64,000 nt of DNA. It comes from Ranitomeya imitator. Lineage: Eukaryota. The notes below the pieces were generated by a model. It saw only the letters and a program-made list of their open reading frames with translations. It made no database searches and was not told where the DNA came from. Where the stretch lies: contig NC_091288.1 of NCBI RefSeq assembly GCF_032444005.1, positions 220,720,001 to 220,784,000 of the forward strand, given 5' to 3'. Made by a program: the position numbers and the translations under genes. Below are positions 1 through 11,077 of the stretch, piece after piece (positions within the stretch are counted from its first letter, which is position 1; each line of letters opens with the position of its first letter).

Positions 1-1105
1 CAGAATTCTGATTTGGCCGGAGAACGTCACATCTCAGGACTGTGTAATCTGGTGGAATAATGGGGAGGGGTGAACCCCGATCTTCTTATTATTGCAGATC
101 TGGCGTATTTCACCTCTGGGGATGTTTCGCCTCCAGCTCTGGGGACCTCGAACACATGAGAATGAGAACCTACAGTATGTGGGGCGGGGGAGGGGAGGCA
201 TCATCAGCAGAGGGGCTCAGTAAGAATCCACAAGGGTCGCTCTGTCAAGTTTGGATCTTTTATTTGATGAATTTCACAAACAATTGTCACAGAAGTAACA
301 GGACCCACACTCCTGGTTAATTCTACACATTTATTTTACGTTTTTTTGCCCAGTTCGTATCGGATTTTATCCTCCAGTTACTGCCAGAGTTGCATTCAGT
401 GCTTTTATGTTCTCTTCCAAGAGTATACTTTACAGAACAGCTGCGGAAATCAGCAGAATTGTGATTACAGCTCCGGATGTAATTAAAGTCCCATGCCCAG
501 TAATGCGCCATGTTATAGGGTCATCTGTATGACGAGCACAAGACCCCTCAGTAACAAAATGAACCTAGCTCACCATAGAAGTGTATCAGCCTCGGGGGTC
601 CAATTCCTCCAGGACCCCTCACATATGTGCATCTTAGGCTCCTACATGATCAGTAAATGTTGTTGCCGTTTAATAGCCCACTGTGTGACGACCTTCCTCC
701 CGAACTCTTGGGTTTTTGTCTTACTCATAAATGGCAACTGCCTCCCAAAAAGGATGAGATCCCCACATGTCAGCAATTCTCTGCAAAGGCCCAAAACGTC
801 TGAGAATCCAATGATTCTGGAAAGATTCAGACCCCGGGTATCTCAGCAGGATAAAGACACGGAGGGCTGGAAAATGGGCCGGAGGGATACAACTATTCCA
901 GAAATGTTAAATAAGCTTCTCCAGGATGCAAATATGGGGTAAAGTATACCAATCTGGCCATCCGGGAAGGGCAGCTCCTATTAAGGGGATTCGCAAGGGA
1001 GACGGCCCTCGTCTTTGTCCATGTAATAGATGGGGTCAATTGATTTACCAGTCCTAAAGTCACGCACTCTCATGATAGCGGGGTCTTCTGGGATTCGTGC
1101 AGATT

Positions 1106-1111
1106 TTTATT
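1106..1111 (-). promoter_or_regulatory. Candidate polyadenylation signal of copy A
   Basis: AATAAA on the minus strand ~70 nt downstream of the stop codon. Confidence 0.3.
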
Positions 1112-1178
1112 ATTAGGATCTTGCCCCAGAGTGGAGGAACCTGTGACACTGCAATAAACAAAAGGCCGTATTGTAGGG

Positions 1179-1568
1179 TCAACGGAAGAACCTGGCCACG
1201 AGTGCAGAAAACCCCGTCTTCAGCAGAGAGACTGTCGTTGATGCTACCTCCGTAGCCACCGTCCTCTCCACTGCTGCCACCGCCGGCTGAGCCATGACGA
1301 CAGTCCCCCTGGCTGCAGCTGCCCCAACCACCCCATATATCCCAAGACCGGCAGTGACGCCCAACGTGACAGCGTTGCATGTGAAACGAGTGGTGTAACC
1401 GGAGCAAAACTTCTCCTGCTCCTCCTGAAGATGGGACGCCAGCTCTGCCTGAAGCTCGCTGTGATGAGACAGGTTGGGACCTAGGAGAGAGTCTTTGAAC
1501 TTTGCTGCAAGTTCTGCCGACTTCTCCGAGACCAGGGTCCTCATGGTTGATGGCAGGAGGTGATACGG
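1179..1568 (-). CDS. rnf112: Copy A terminal exon: helical stalk end plus hydrophobic/amphipathic tail
   Basis: PSTMRTLVSEK...EQEKFCSGYTTRF...GVTAGLGIYGVVGAA aligns with copy B PSNMREVV...EVEKFCSEYSKRF. Confidence 0.82.
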   Translation of the reverse strand, partial: PYHLLPSTMRTLVSEKSAELAAKFKDSLLGPNLSHHSELQAELASHLQEEQEKFCSGYTTRFTCNAVTLGVTAGLGIYGVVGAAAARGTVVMAQPAVAAVERTVATEVASTTVSLLKTGFSALVARFFR

Positions 1569-4500
1569 CTATGTAAAGAAGAGAGGAACACAAGATGAGA
1601 TTCATCACCAAGGTCTACTTTCCATGATCACAACCTCCAGGCTTAGGACCTACATGCCCGACATCTCACATGGCTTCACCCAAACTGAGGTCTCCACCAG
1701 TGACGCGTGTTTCGCAGTTTTACACGTGACTCACCTGATTCTTCAGGAATTCCTGGAGTTCATCTTTGATGCTTTCAAGGACCTTTTGGTTTTTGATGGC
1801 ATAAAACATCTGTGAGGTGAAAAATGAACGACAGATACAGCAAGGAAGGATGGTGTGGATGGTGTTATAAAGACTGGCTAGTTGGATATTGATCGTGGTC
1901 TCCCCAACACCTTGACACATTACTCCACAAGTCTCAAGTAACGGACACACCCATAATATGAAGATGAAAGATCACCCTTCCTCCTTGTTCCCTGCGCTGC
2001 TCCAGGCTCGGCTGCTTCGGTCTCATCAGCTCCACTGCTGGCACAGTGTGGCGCACGATGAAGTGATGTCATTGCACGCCCGCTGAGTCAGAAGGAGAGA
2101 GGGAGTGATGTGAGAGGGACACTCTCTCCTCCATCACTGCTTTCAATTGTATGGGCGTCTAAGATGCTGATAAGTTAAATCAGCAATAAGGGGAGGCGCC
2201 TGGTCCCTCAGTGGCCGTGTGGTGTGCCGCTATTAGCGGCACCCCACTGGCTCAGCTGGAGACCCCTGGAGGAGCGGGGATCCTAGACAGCTGCCTGGTC
2301 TGCCTGCCCCTAATTCCGGCTCTGCCTACCTTGGAAGCTCCTCTCTCTTCTGTGCCTCTTCCATCATATCTCCTCATCTGAAAAACTCTGCCCACTCCCC
2401 TGGTTCTTCCACCAGCTCTCCTCACTCTCCTGTGGCCTCCAGCACAGGAGTTTTATGGGCCCTAAGATCCCCTGATAATTAGCGGGAGCAGACAGTCTGA
2501 TGTCATGGTGGGACATCTTTTTTTCACAGCTTATTCTAGATGAAAGACGACATCACTCACCTCCATTGGGGTAGAGAAACCATAGTTCTGCTTCTCCAGA
2601 ACATCAACAAAGACCTAAATAAGAAACGGTCATTAGAGGGTTAAACATAGTCAATTGGAAACACAATAGTCCAATAATAGATATGGTTAAATAGCCCCTA
2701 CTCGACAGCAGTGCTGTCACTACTCACCCCTCCATGACACCCCTGCTGTCTATCAATGCGGACCCCCATAACACCCCTGCTGATATAGCCCTACCCCTGA
2801 ACCACAGCCCTGCTCCTCAGCCACATCCCCTTACGCAGCCCTGCCCATCAGCCACACCTCTGCTTGCACTGCCTGTCCCCCTCAGCCACACCCCTGCTGA
2901 TGTAGCCCTGCCCCTCAGCCACACCCCTGCTGACACAGCCCTACCCCTCAGCCACACCCCAGCCCCTCAGCCACACCCCTGCTGACGCAACCCTACCCTT
3001 AGCCACACTCCTGCTGACACAGCCCTGCCCCTCAGCCACACCTCTGCTTGCACTGCTTGTCCCCCTCAGCCCACCCATGCTGATGTAGCTCTAACCCTCA
3101 GCCGCACCCCTACTGACACAGCCCTGTCCCTCAGCCACACCACTGCTGACACAGCCCTGCCCCTCAGCCACACCTCTGCTTGCACTGCTTTTCCCCCTCA
3201 GCCCACCCCTGCTGATGTAGCTCTAACCCTCAGCCGCACCCCTGCTGACACAGCCCTGCCCCTCAGCCACACCCCAGCTTATGTAGCCCTGCCCCTCAGC
3301 AACACCCCTGCTGACACAACCCTGCCCCTCAGCCACACCCCTTCTGAAGCAGCCCTGCCCCTCAGTCACACCCGTTTATGCAGCCCTGCCCCTCAGCCAC
3401 ACCCCTGCTGATGTAGCCCTGCCCCTCAGCCACACCCCAGTTTATGTAGCCCTGCCCCTCAGCCACACCCCTGCTGATGTAGCCCTGCCCCTCAGCCACA
3501 CCCCAGTTTATGTAGCCCTGCCGCTCAGCCACACCCCTGCTGACACAGCCCTGCCCCTTAGCCACACCCCTGTTCATGTAGACCTGCCCATCAGCCACAC
3601 CCAAGATAACGCAGCCCTGCCCCTCAGCCACACCCCTGCTGGCATAGCCCTGCCATTTGCCACACCCCTGCTGGCACCGCCTGCTCCTTTTGCCACTTTC
3701 CATCTGTCACTGCCCTCCTTTCTGCCTCACCCCTGCTGTCACCACCCTGTTCTCCATGATGATAGTAATATGTTGGGGATACATTATGGAGAAATCATAA
3801 AATTCCAACTTTACCTGTAACATGGAGGGAATGTGGCTGCAGGTCAGAACGTCTCCCCTCGCATTCATCTTAATCCGATGCCACACTCCCCGCACCACAT
3901 CTGCCACGTACATTCTCAGATTCTCCTGGAAATCCTCGTCCATATCTGTCAGGAAGATGTTACAGGTGGTAGGTAAGGGGTGATCATAATACATGAACTA
4001 ACTCTAGGATCAGGACTTAGGATAAGACATTAAAACCATCACGTTACAGGCTAAAAACGTGACACCGTCCTCATGATGTAACCTCCCCCTAACCCAGTGT
4101 TCATCCACCATCCCGCACTCTGCAGAATGGAACTCCTCTAACGCAGGACAGGCTTCTGCAAAGTTTTTGATAGAAAAGCATTATGGCCTATAATTTGGGG
4201 GCATTTCTCACAAGCAAAATTTCTTATCTCCCTCCATCATGGATCAGTTTCCAATCTCCCCAGTAAGGTCACCATCACCACCACGTCGAAGGACCTCACC
4301 TTGAAGTCTTCCTTGGCTTTCTCCAGTAATTCCTTTTCCTGGATGCGGCAGTAGGAAGCAACGAGTGTGACTGCTCTTCAGACCCCATAAAACTTTGGGG
4401 TAGCTATGGCCTTTCTGGAGTTTCTAACATGGATATAAGAACTTAGATAAATCAAATCTCATATTCCGAAAACAGGGAGGGAAAAGCAGGAGACGGAATA

Positions 4501-7500
4501 TAAAAGTCTGTAGCATTGGGCTACGGTGAGCTATTTGGTGGTTGTCTTGGTCAATAGTCTAAGATGTCCATCAGTCCTCATGGACCACACGGCATGAGCT
4601 GCCACCAAGGCCAATGCCCCGAAAAGTCCAATGTCACCATGGCAGAGCTCATACTGTATGGACTGAGATGTTTGGAGGATGCCTTCATGGATTTTCATAC
4701 CTCGATTTCCCGACTGATATAAAACCGAGCTGCGTCTCTTCCACAGTTGCCGGAGTCATGCCAGTCTCTGATTAAAATGTCCAGGAACTGAGTTAGCATA
4801 CAGAAGGGAGCAAGATACATGAAATGTCAGTAATAGGAAATATGGAGCTACAGAGAATACAGAAACCTACATCCTAAATCACGCCCTCTACCCACCACGA
4901 TCATCAACGGATTACAGGCCGGTCAGGGTCACCTACCTGCAACCGCTCAGAACCAAACTCCTCTCCCATGTTGAGGTACATCTGAAAGAACATAGGTTGT
5001 ATCATTCATTACTTATCATCATTAGTCTGGAATGTTGCACCACAGAACACACTTACACTCATCTTGAAGGACCTCAGAATTTACTGTCAGTCATTTTATG
5101 GAGGACACGACCAATTGGAGGAACCCTCTCTTCACCTTATTCACGATCAATCCCAAATGAGCCTTTTTATGGAGGACACAACTTTTCAAAGGAGCTCCAT
5201 TTCATGCCCATTCTGATGGACGTCACGATCAAACCTACATAAGCCATTTTTTTTTGAGGACACAACCTATTGGAGCCTTCTATTCATCCCTGTCCAGACA
5301 GTCTAAACTATGCCAGCCATTGTATAGGAGGAGACAACCTATTGGAGGAACCCTCTTTTCACATGAATTCTGAAAGACCTCCTTACATAGGTTGAGAACA
5401 GCTCCCCGTCCATCAAGGTCTCCCGCTCTCCACCAATTGTACATTTTGTCACTAATTTAACTATAACCCCCAACGTTAAGTGTATTGTCTGTTTAGGACA
5501 TCATCCGGCCCTGGTATAAAGCTGTTATAGTGTCGGCCATTACAACCTCTTGTGGTCGGTATTCCACAGTCTCACTGCTCAACTGTAAAGAACCCTTTCC
5601 TATTTAGCTGCCGGAATCACCTTTCTTCACCTCGTGATATATTCTGGAGTATATCGGACAATCGAGCACATGTGACTCATTTCATAGAAAACCTTACAGT
5701 AGAAGGTCAAAGCCCAACTTTCCATACACATCCAAATCTGGTCCAGTAATGATACTTTCCCAGTTCTGTCTGCCAGTAGATCCTGTTCTTCAGTTATCCA
5801 AAATATGGGTCCATTATCAACCAGACATAGCAAACCAGTCCTGCAGCCTTGTAGAGTGACTAACATATCGGCTCCATATTTCACTAGGGAGTAGTCATTT
5901 ATCTCTAAATGCCAGTTACATTCCTCTTTAGATCATCCGCGTGGTCACAATTTCATGTCTGCCTCCAAAGTATCTAGTCTGCTCTTGAAGCTTCAAGAAC
6001 CGATCACATCCCATCAAGAACTAGACCTGGATATTAGATTTCCAAAATATATTTTAAGGTTTAGTATAGAATCTACTCGTATTCTGAGGAACCAACAAGT
6101 CCTCAGTCTCATCTCTATATATTCGGAGCACCAAGAAATAATTCAGTGACTAGCCAGTCCTACATCCCTGTAGAAACCATTCAAGAACCCATACACTCCG
6201 ACGGGCCCTACAGAAACACGTCGATTCAGGACCTCTTCAGTATAACGCTCATCCCGATCCTAACAAGGTCCATCTGTATGGCTGAAGGAATTGTAGACCA
6301 GTGATCTACCAAATGCCCACACAACACTCACCTCCATGTAGTCCAGTTCGGTCTCCTTCAAACTTCCAGCCACGTTGAAAACCTACAAGATTCGACAGAT
6401 TAGCCATTGAATCCTTCATTTTTTTTATGGACCCAGTAAGATCTATTGAAAATAGTAGAGCCCTCACCAAATGAGAGCTGAGTAGCATGGACAATGCCGA
6501 AAGCTTAATGCAGCTCTCCCGATCACCCTCGATATCCAGTGAACCCTCTGTATCCAAAACATAGACCACTACCTAGAGGTACGGAACAAAGTAACATGCC
6601 AGAGACTTTATGAAGGAGCAGAAATCTCAGATAAGACGGACGCCCTTCCAGAGATGTGATTCCTGATCTCACCTTCTCTCCCTTCTGGCCCACCATGAAG
6701 GGTTTATTCCAGATCCAGATCCCCTTCGTAGTGCTGTCGATGCCACATTTCCATTCGAAGCCTTGGAGGGGTTCATCATTTGCTCCAAGACTGACGTCCT
6801 CGCCCTTCTCCTACAAGAAGTTATAAAGGAGTCTGGTAACATCAAGCGGAGCTATTGGATTATTCAGGTTAGAGGAGCAAATAAAGGGTCTTATCTCATT
6901 GGCGGGCCACCCTCAAAATCCTCACCGGTCAGTCGTTGTATGAGACCTACCAAGACCCCAATTCAGATCAAGACCCTAGAATGAAGCTGACTGGTGTGCC
7001 ATGGAGAATTGAGCGTCACTTGACACCCCCAGATACCCGCGGGCATCCACCAATATCCATGGTAATCACCGTACAATGGCGCCGGTTATCCCAACACGTA
7101 GTAAACATTTGTAATAGCTTTGTTATGAAATGACCTGCGCATGATAAGTTTATGCCCCCTGGCCTCCTCTCACCTGACTCTCCAAGGCCCTCAAGATGTA
7201 ATTCATCAGGAACGACTTCCCGCGCCGCTTTTCTCCGATGACGCAGAGCAGGTAGACGGGATAAGTGGACAGATAGCTGTTCATGAAGCAGTTGTAGACC
7301 ACCGACTCATCCAGGTGTAAGCGGCCATTGCCATCCGTCCACACCAGCTGCACCGGGTAACCCTGCTCCGGAGGTTGCAGACATTCCTGTAGAATAACAG
7401 ATGGTGGTAACGCCAAGATCTCTTTTATCTGGATTTTTTAGCTTGCTGGTCACATTGTTACCTGCTCTATGGTTTTGTCCTGGATTCCCTTTTGGATCTT

Positions 7501-9259
7501 GTCGATGAGGTTCATCAGACGATAGTCGGGAGTAATCTGATTTCGGGGACACTGCGTCCTGCACTCGGGGCAGAGGTAACCATATGGGTGTGGGGTGCTC
7601 CAGTGTGTGGTAATACAGTTTCGGCAGAAGGTGTGCCCGCAGGCGATGGACACCGGATTCTGCAGGTCATCAAGGCACACTGAGCAGGTGATGTCCTCGG
7701 CTAGGACCTGGAAGCCAACGGCACCATCTGAAGGTAGCGGGGGGTCATTACTGAAGAAAACAGAGCACCAATTCAGCTCGAGTCACAACAGGCAGTTGGC
7801 TACACCGTTACGCAGGTGATCGAGCGGGACAGGGCGGCTATGCCAGCGATCGTGTGGGGAAAAGGGGCTACGCCAGCGATCGAGCTGGGCAGGCGGGCTA
7901 CGCCAGTGATTGAGCGGGGCAGGGGGCTACACCAGTGACCGAGAGGGGCATCGCCAGCAATCGAGCGGGACAGGATGGTTATGCCAGCGATGGAGCGGTT
8001 TTTCCCAGGGATGGAGCAGGACAGGGCGGAAACGCCAACGATCGAGCAGGACAGGGCGGATATGCCAGTGATCAAGTGGGACAGGGCGGTTATGGCAGCG
8101 ATCGAGTGGCTTTTCCCAGCGATGGAGAGAGACAGGGCAGCTACGCCAACAACGGAGCGGGACAGGGTGGCTTTCCCCAGCGACGTAGTGGCAGAGACAC
8201 GGTGAATACATCCATCATGGAGCATGAGAAGGCAACTATGCTGGCGATGGAGTGGGATAGCGGAACTATGCAGGGCATGGAGCAGGGCAGTGCAGCTATG
8301 CTGGTAGCAGCAAAAGGCAGTGCGGCTATGCTGGCAACGGAGCAGAAGAGTGCACCGTCTTAGGTGACAGAGCAGGGCAGGGCAGTGCAGCTATGCTGAC
8401 GGCAGAGAAGGGCACTGTGGCTATGCTGGCGGCATTGTGGCTATGCTGGCGGCATTGTGGCTATGCTGGCGGGATTGTGGCTATGCTGGCGGGATTGTGG
8501 CTATGCTGGCGGCATTGTGGCTATGCTGGTGGCATTGTGGCTATGCTGGCGGCATTGTGGCTATGCTGGCTGCATTGTGGCTATGCTGGCGGCATTGTGG
8601 CTATGCTGGCAGCATTGTGGCTATTCTGGCGGTGGAGCAGAAGAGTGCACCATCTCAGGTGGCAGGGCAGTGCAGCTATGCTGGCGGCATTGTGGATATG
8701 TTGGTGGTGGAGCAGAAGAGTGCACCGTCTCAGGCGGCAGGGCAGTGCAGCTATGCTGACAGCATTGTGGCTATGCTGGCGGTGGAGCAGAAGAGTGCAC
8801 CGTCTCAGGCGGCAGGGCAGTGCAGCTATGCTGGCGGCATTGTGGCTATACTGGCGGTGGAGCAGAAGAGTGCACCGTCTCAGGTGGCAGGGCAGTGCAG
8901 CTATGCTGGCGGCATTGTGGCTATGCTGGCGGTGGAGCAGAAGAGTGCACCGTCTCAGGTGGCAGGGCAGTGCAGCTATGCTGGCGGCATTGTGGCTATG
9001 CTGGCGGCGGAGATGACGATACTCTCCTACCACCCGGACTGCATATTTCAGGGTGTCTGTCCTCTCCGTCTCCGGTGTACGGACTGTCACTGTGGTCACC
9101 GGCCTCTCACCTCACAGTCTCGGCGCTCTCGCTGGGTCTGTCCGCTCGCTCTCTCCGTGGCCTCCTTCTCACCCTCTTCCTCTGGGGCTCAGTCTGTGGC
9201 TGCGCCGGCCTCAGTGAGGTTTGCGGCCTCTCTGCCCCCCTGTGCCTCCTGGCCTCCAT
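1179..9259 (-). CDS. rnf112: RNF112/neurolastin-like RING E3 ligase-GTPase, copy A (13 exons, ~616 aa, intact)
   Basis: Exons (minus strand, all GT-AG and phase-consistent): 9259-9111, 7750-7462, 7386-7174, 6810-6673, 6572-6468, 6382-6332, 4981-4937, 4787-4701, 4423-4300, 3945-3815, 2614-2561, 1809-1735, 1568-1179. Sum is 1851 nt = 617 codons including stop. RING CSVC..CGHTFC..C..CPEC; G1 GEKRRGKS; G2 STTKGIWIW; G3 DTEG; G4 IRDW; LLPHPG; DMDEDF. Domain order matches RNF112. The symbol denotes family; orthology is not established. Exon 1 is the least certain exon. Confidence 0.88.
2760..3690. repeat. 33-bp C-rich minisatellite in copy A intron 10
   Basis: Unit CAGCCCTGCCCCTCAGCCACACCCCTGCTGACA repeated ~25-28 times, degenerate at the edges. 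Confidence 0.9.
5383..5625 (-). mobile_element. CR1-type LINE 3' end fragment (copy A intron 6)
   Basis: Minus strand decodes, with an indel, to RKGFFTV-AVRLWN..PQEVVMADTITAF...DDVL, followed by a CR1-like 3' UTR (..cttgatggac....tctcaacctatgtaa). Confidence 0.7.
7174..7386 (-). CDS. rnf112: Copy A exon 3: GTPase P-loop
   Basis: VQLVWTD...LCVIGEKRRGKSFLMNYILRAL; ttctacAG acceptor, CAG|GTGAGA donor. Confidence 0.9.
7462..7750 (-). CDS. rnf112: Copy A exon 2: C3HC4 RING finger
   Basis: EDITCSVCLDDLQNPVSIACGHTFCRNCITTHWSTPHPYGYLCPECR; acceptor ttttcttcAG (phase 2), donor CAG|GTAACA. Confidence 0.9.
7810..8175. repeat. 30-bp minisatellite in copy A intron 1
   Basis: Unit ~GAGCGGGACAGGGCGGCTATGCCAGCGATC, ~11 degenerate copies. 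Confidence 0.8.
8230..9010. repeat. 20-bp and 75-bp composite minisatellite in copy A intron 1
   Basis: GGCATTGTGGCTATGCTGGC x~11, plus 75-bp units that embed the same 20-mer. Confidence 0.9.
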
Positions 9260-9571
9260 GTTGTTTATGTGCTGCCTCCAGTGCCCGCTCCTCCCTTCTC
9301 CTCTGCAGCTGTTGTTCCTGTTCCTCGCTACACCCCGCCTGCTGATGCAGCAGAGCTGAGCGGCTCCTCTCACTGTTTCAGTTGTGGAATCTGAACCTTT
9401 CTGCGCAGTCTGGAGACAATAATAAGGAACATGATGAAATCCTCACAAGATGTCCGGACCGTGGCGGGAGCTCTGCGCCTTGGATGGCGCTCAGTGTGTA
9501 TGGAAGCAATTAGTGAATTTAATCGTGCCCAATCGTGGAGTGAAAAGTTCTGTAACTTTCGAGCAGACTTT

Positions 9572-10296
9572 GGGGCCCATTCATTATTGCATTTGCTCCT
9601 TTTTTTTTGTAGCTTTTGCTGTTTTCCGCCTGTTTTTCATTAGCGCTCTGTTCTTTTTTTATTCTGTGCCTCTTTTATAGTCGATGATCTTCGTGCTCGG
9701 CGGCTGTTTTCGATGTTCGCCGTTGGGGTCGGGTTTGGGGTTTCCAGAACTTCGCAGCTGATTGATCAATTGCGAATTATTAAAAAGTCAGAAAAGTTTT
9801 GCAGTTTGCGAATTATGTGACATTTTAGAAGAACGCGTCATGTTGAGCCAAACCATTACGCTAGTGATCACAGGCGAAGCGCACGGAGCATTGGCGGTTT
9901 TTGTCACTTTGTTGTCTGGTGGTTCTCACTGATGAGTCTTTGGAAAATTTATCACAATGGCGCAGACGGCTCCGGAACTCGAGGACTTTACAGAAACATT
10001 TTGTAACTTTTTGAAAAGTCACAATGTCGAAATGATAAAACAAAAAAAACACAAAAACACAGCCAAAGACATAAAATAGAAATAAAAAAGGTACAAGCAA
10101 ATTATTTTGGTGCAAAAAAAGCTACAAAACAGGCAAACACTGATGGAAACGCGAAGATGAATCGGCGCAGGAAGCTTTTCTCATTTTGCGTAAAAAAATA
10201 TCAAACTGGAGCGAAACTTTGAAGAATTTTGGCGCAAAAATGTGAAAACGGTTCATAGGGCAGAAAAGGGACGAAACAAAAATGATGAATCGGCCT
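9572..10296. mobile_element. Degenerate non-autonomous DNA transposon (T2/Kolobok-like MITE)
   Basis: Imperfect terminal inverted repeats GGGGCCCATTCATTATT / AATGATGAATCGGCCT; T-rich left half and A-rich right half. Confidence 0.4.
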
Positions 10297-10477
10297 TTAG
10301 TGTTTTGATCCTTCGGTTTCAAGGTCTCTGATTGCTGTCAGTGAATAATAATGTAGATCTCAGCTGTGCACTCCACAGCGCCTTGGTCCCTCACTCTTGG
10401 CCATGACAGTTTGAAAAGCCAATTATTTGGTGCACAGTGAATCCCCTTCATTGTCTTCTACATCAGCTCATTTTTAA

Positions 10478-10805
10478 AGGGAACCTGTCACCTGAATTTG
10501 GCGGGACTGGTTTTGGGTCATATGGGTGGAGTTTTCGGATGTTTGATTCACCCTTTCCTTACCCGCTGGCTACATGCTGGCTGCAATATTGGATTGAAGT
10601 TCATTCTCTGTCCTCCATAGTACACGCCTGCGCAAAGCAATCTTGCCTTGTACAGGCGTGTACTATGGAGGACAGAGAATGAACTTCAATCCAATATTGC
10701 AGCCAGCATGCAGCCAGCGGGTAAGGAAAGGGTGAATCAAACACCCGAAAACTCCGCCCATATGACCCAAGACCAGTCCCGCCAAATTCAGGTGACAGAG
10801 TCCCT
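10478..10805. mobile_element. T2/Kolobok-type palindromic MITE with TTAA target-site duplication
   Basis: 328 bp near-perfect inverted repeat (AGGGAACCTGTCACCTGAATTTGGCGGGACTGG...CCAGTCCCGCCAAATTCAGGTGACAGAGTCCCT); TTAA at 10474-10477 and 10806-10809. Confidence 0.92.
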
Positions 10806-11077
10806 TTAAGATCTCTGCTTGCTGTCGATCAGTGAATTATGTCTTATGGCGGACTTCACATTGTTATACTGCCACCTGCTGCTGCCATTGAGTATTGCAA
10901 CTGAAAAGGCAGATGGAGACATAGTGACACACAACAAACTGCAGCTCTGCATTAGTACTAAACCATATCTATCCCACAATGCACTGCATAATTATTCATC
11001 ATTCAACAAAGTCATTAAATACAAATATGTATGTGATATCTGATATCTGACAACAAGGAGGGGAATAAGACTGTAGT

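Noticed and set aside
80-175. Possible plus-strand exon after ttcttattattgcAG
   Set aside because: Short, no recognisable domain and no partner exon in the window.
1695-1750. CUGAAGA...GAAA-CACGCG-UC hammerhead-like arrangement across the copy A exon 12 donor
   Set aside because: CUGAAGA is coding sequence (LKN), and stems I and II do not close (A-C mismatches); at most a short relic of the GCGAAACGCG motif.
6760-6775. Suspected frameshift in copy A exon 4
   Set aside because: Recounting gives four G on the plus strand (GAA CCC CTC CAA on the minus strand); the exon is 138 nt and in frame.
10392-10404. Alternative first exon ATG GCC AAG A|GTGAGG for copy A, joining a phase-1 acceptor near 7728
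   Set aside because: Possible, but weaker than 9259-9111, which matches the phase-2 structure seen in copy B; needs RNA data.
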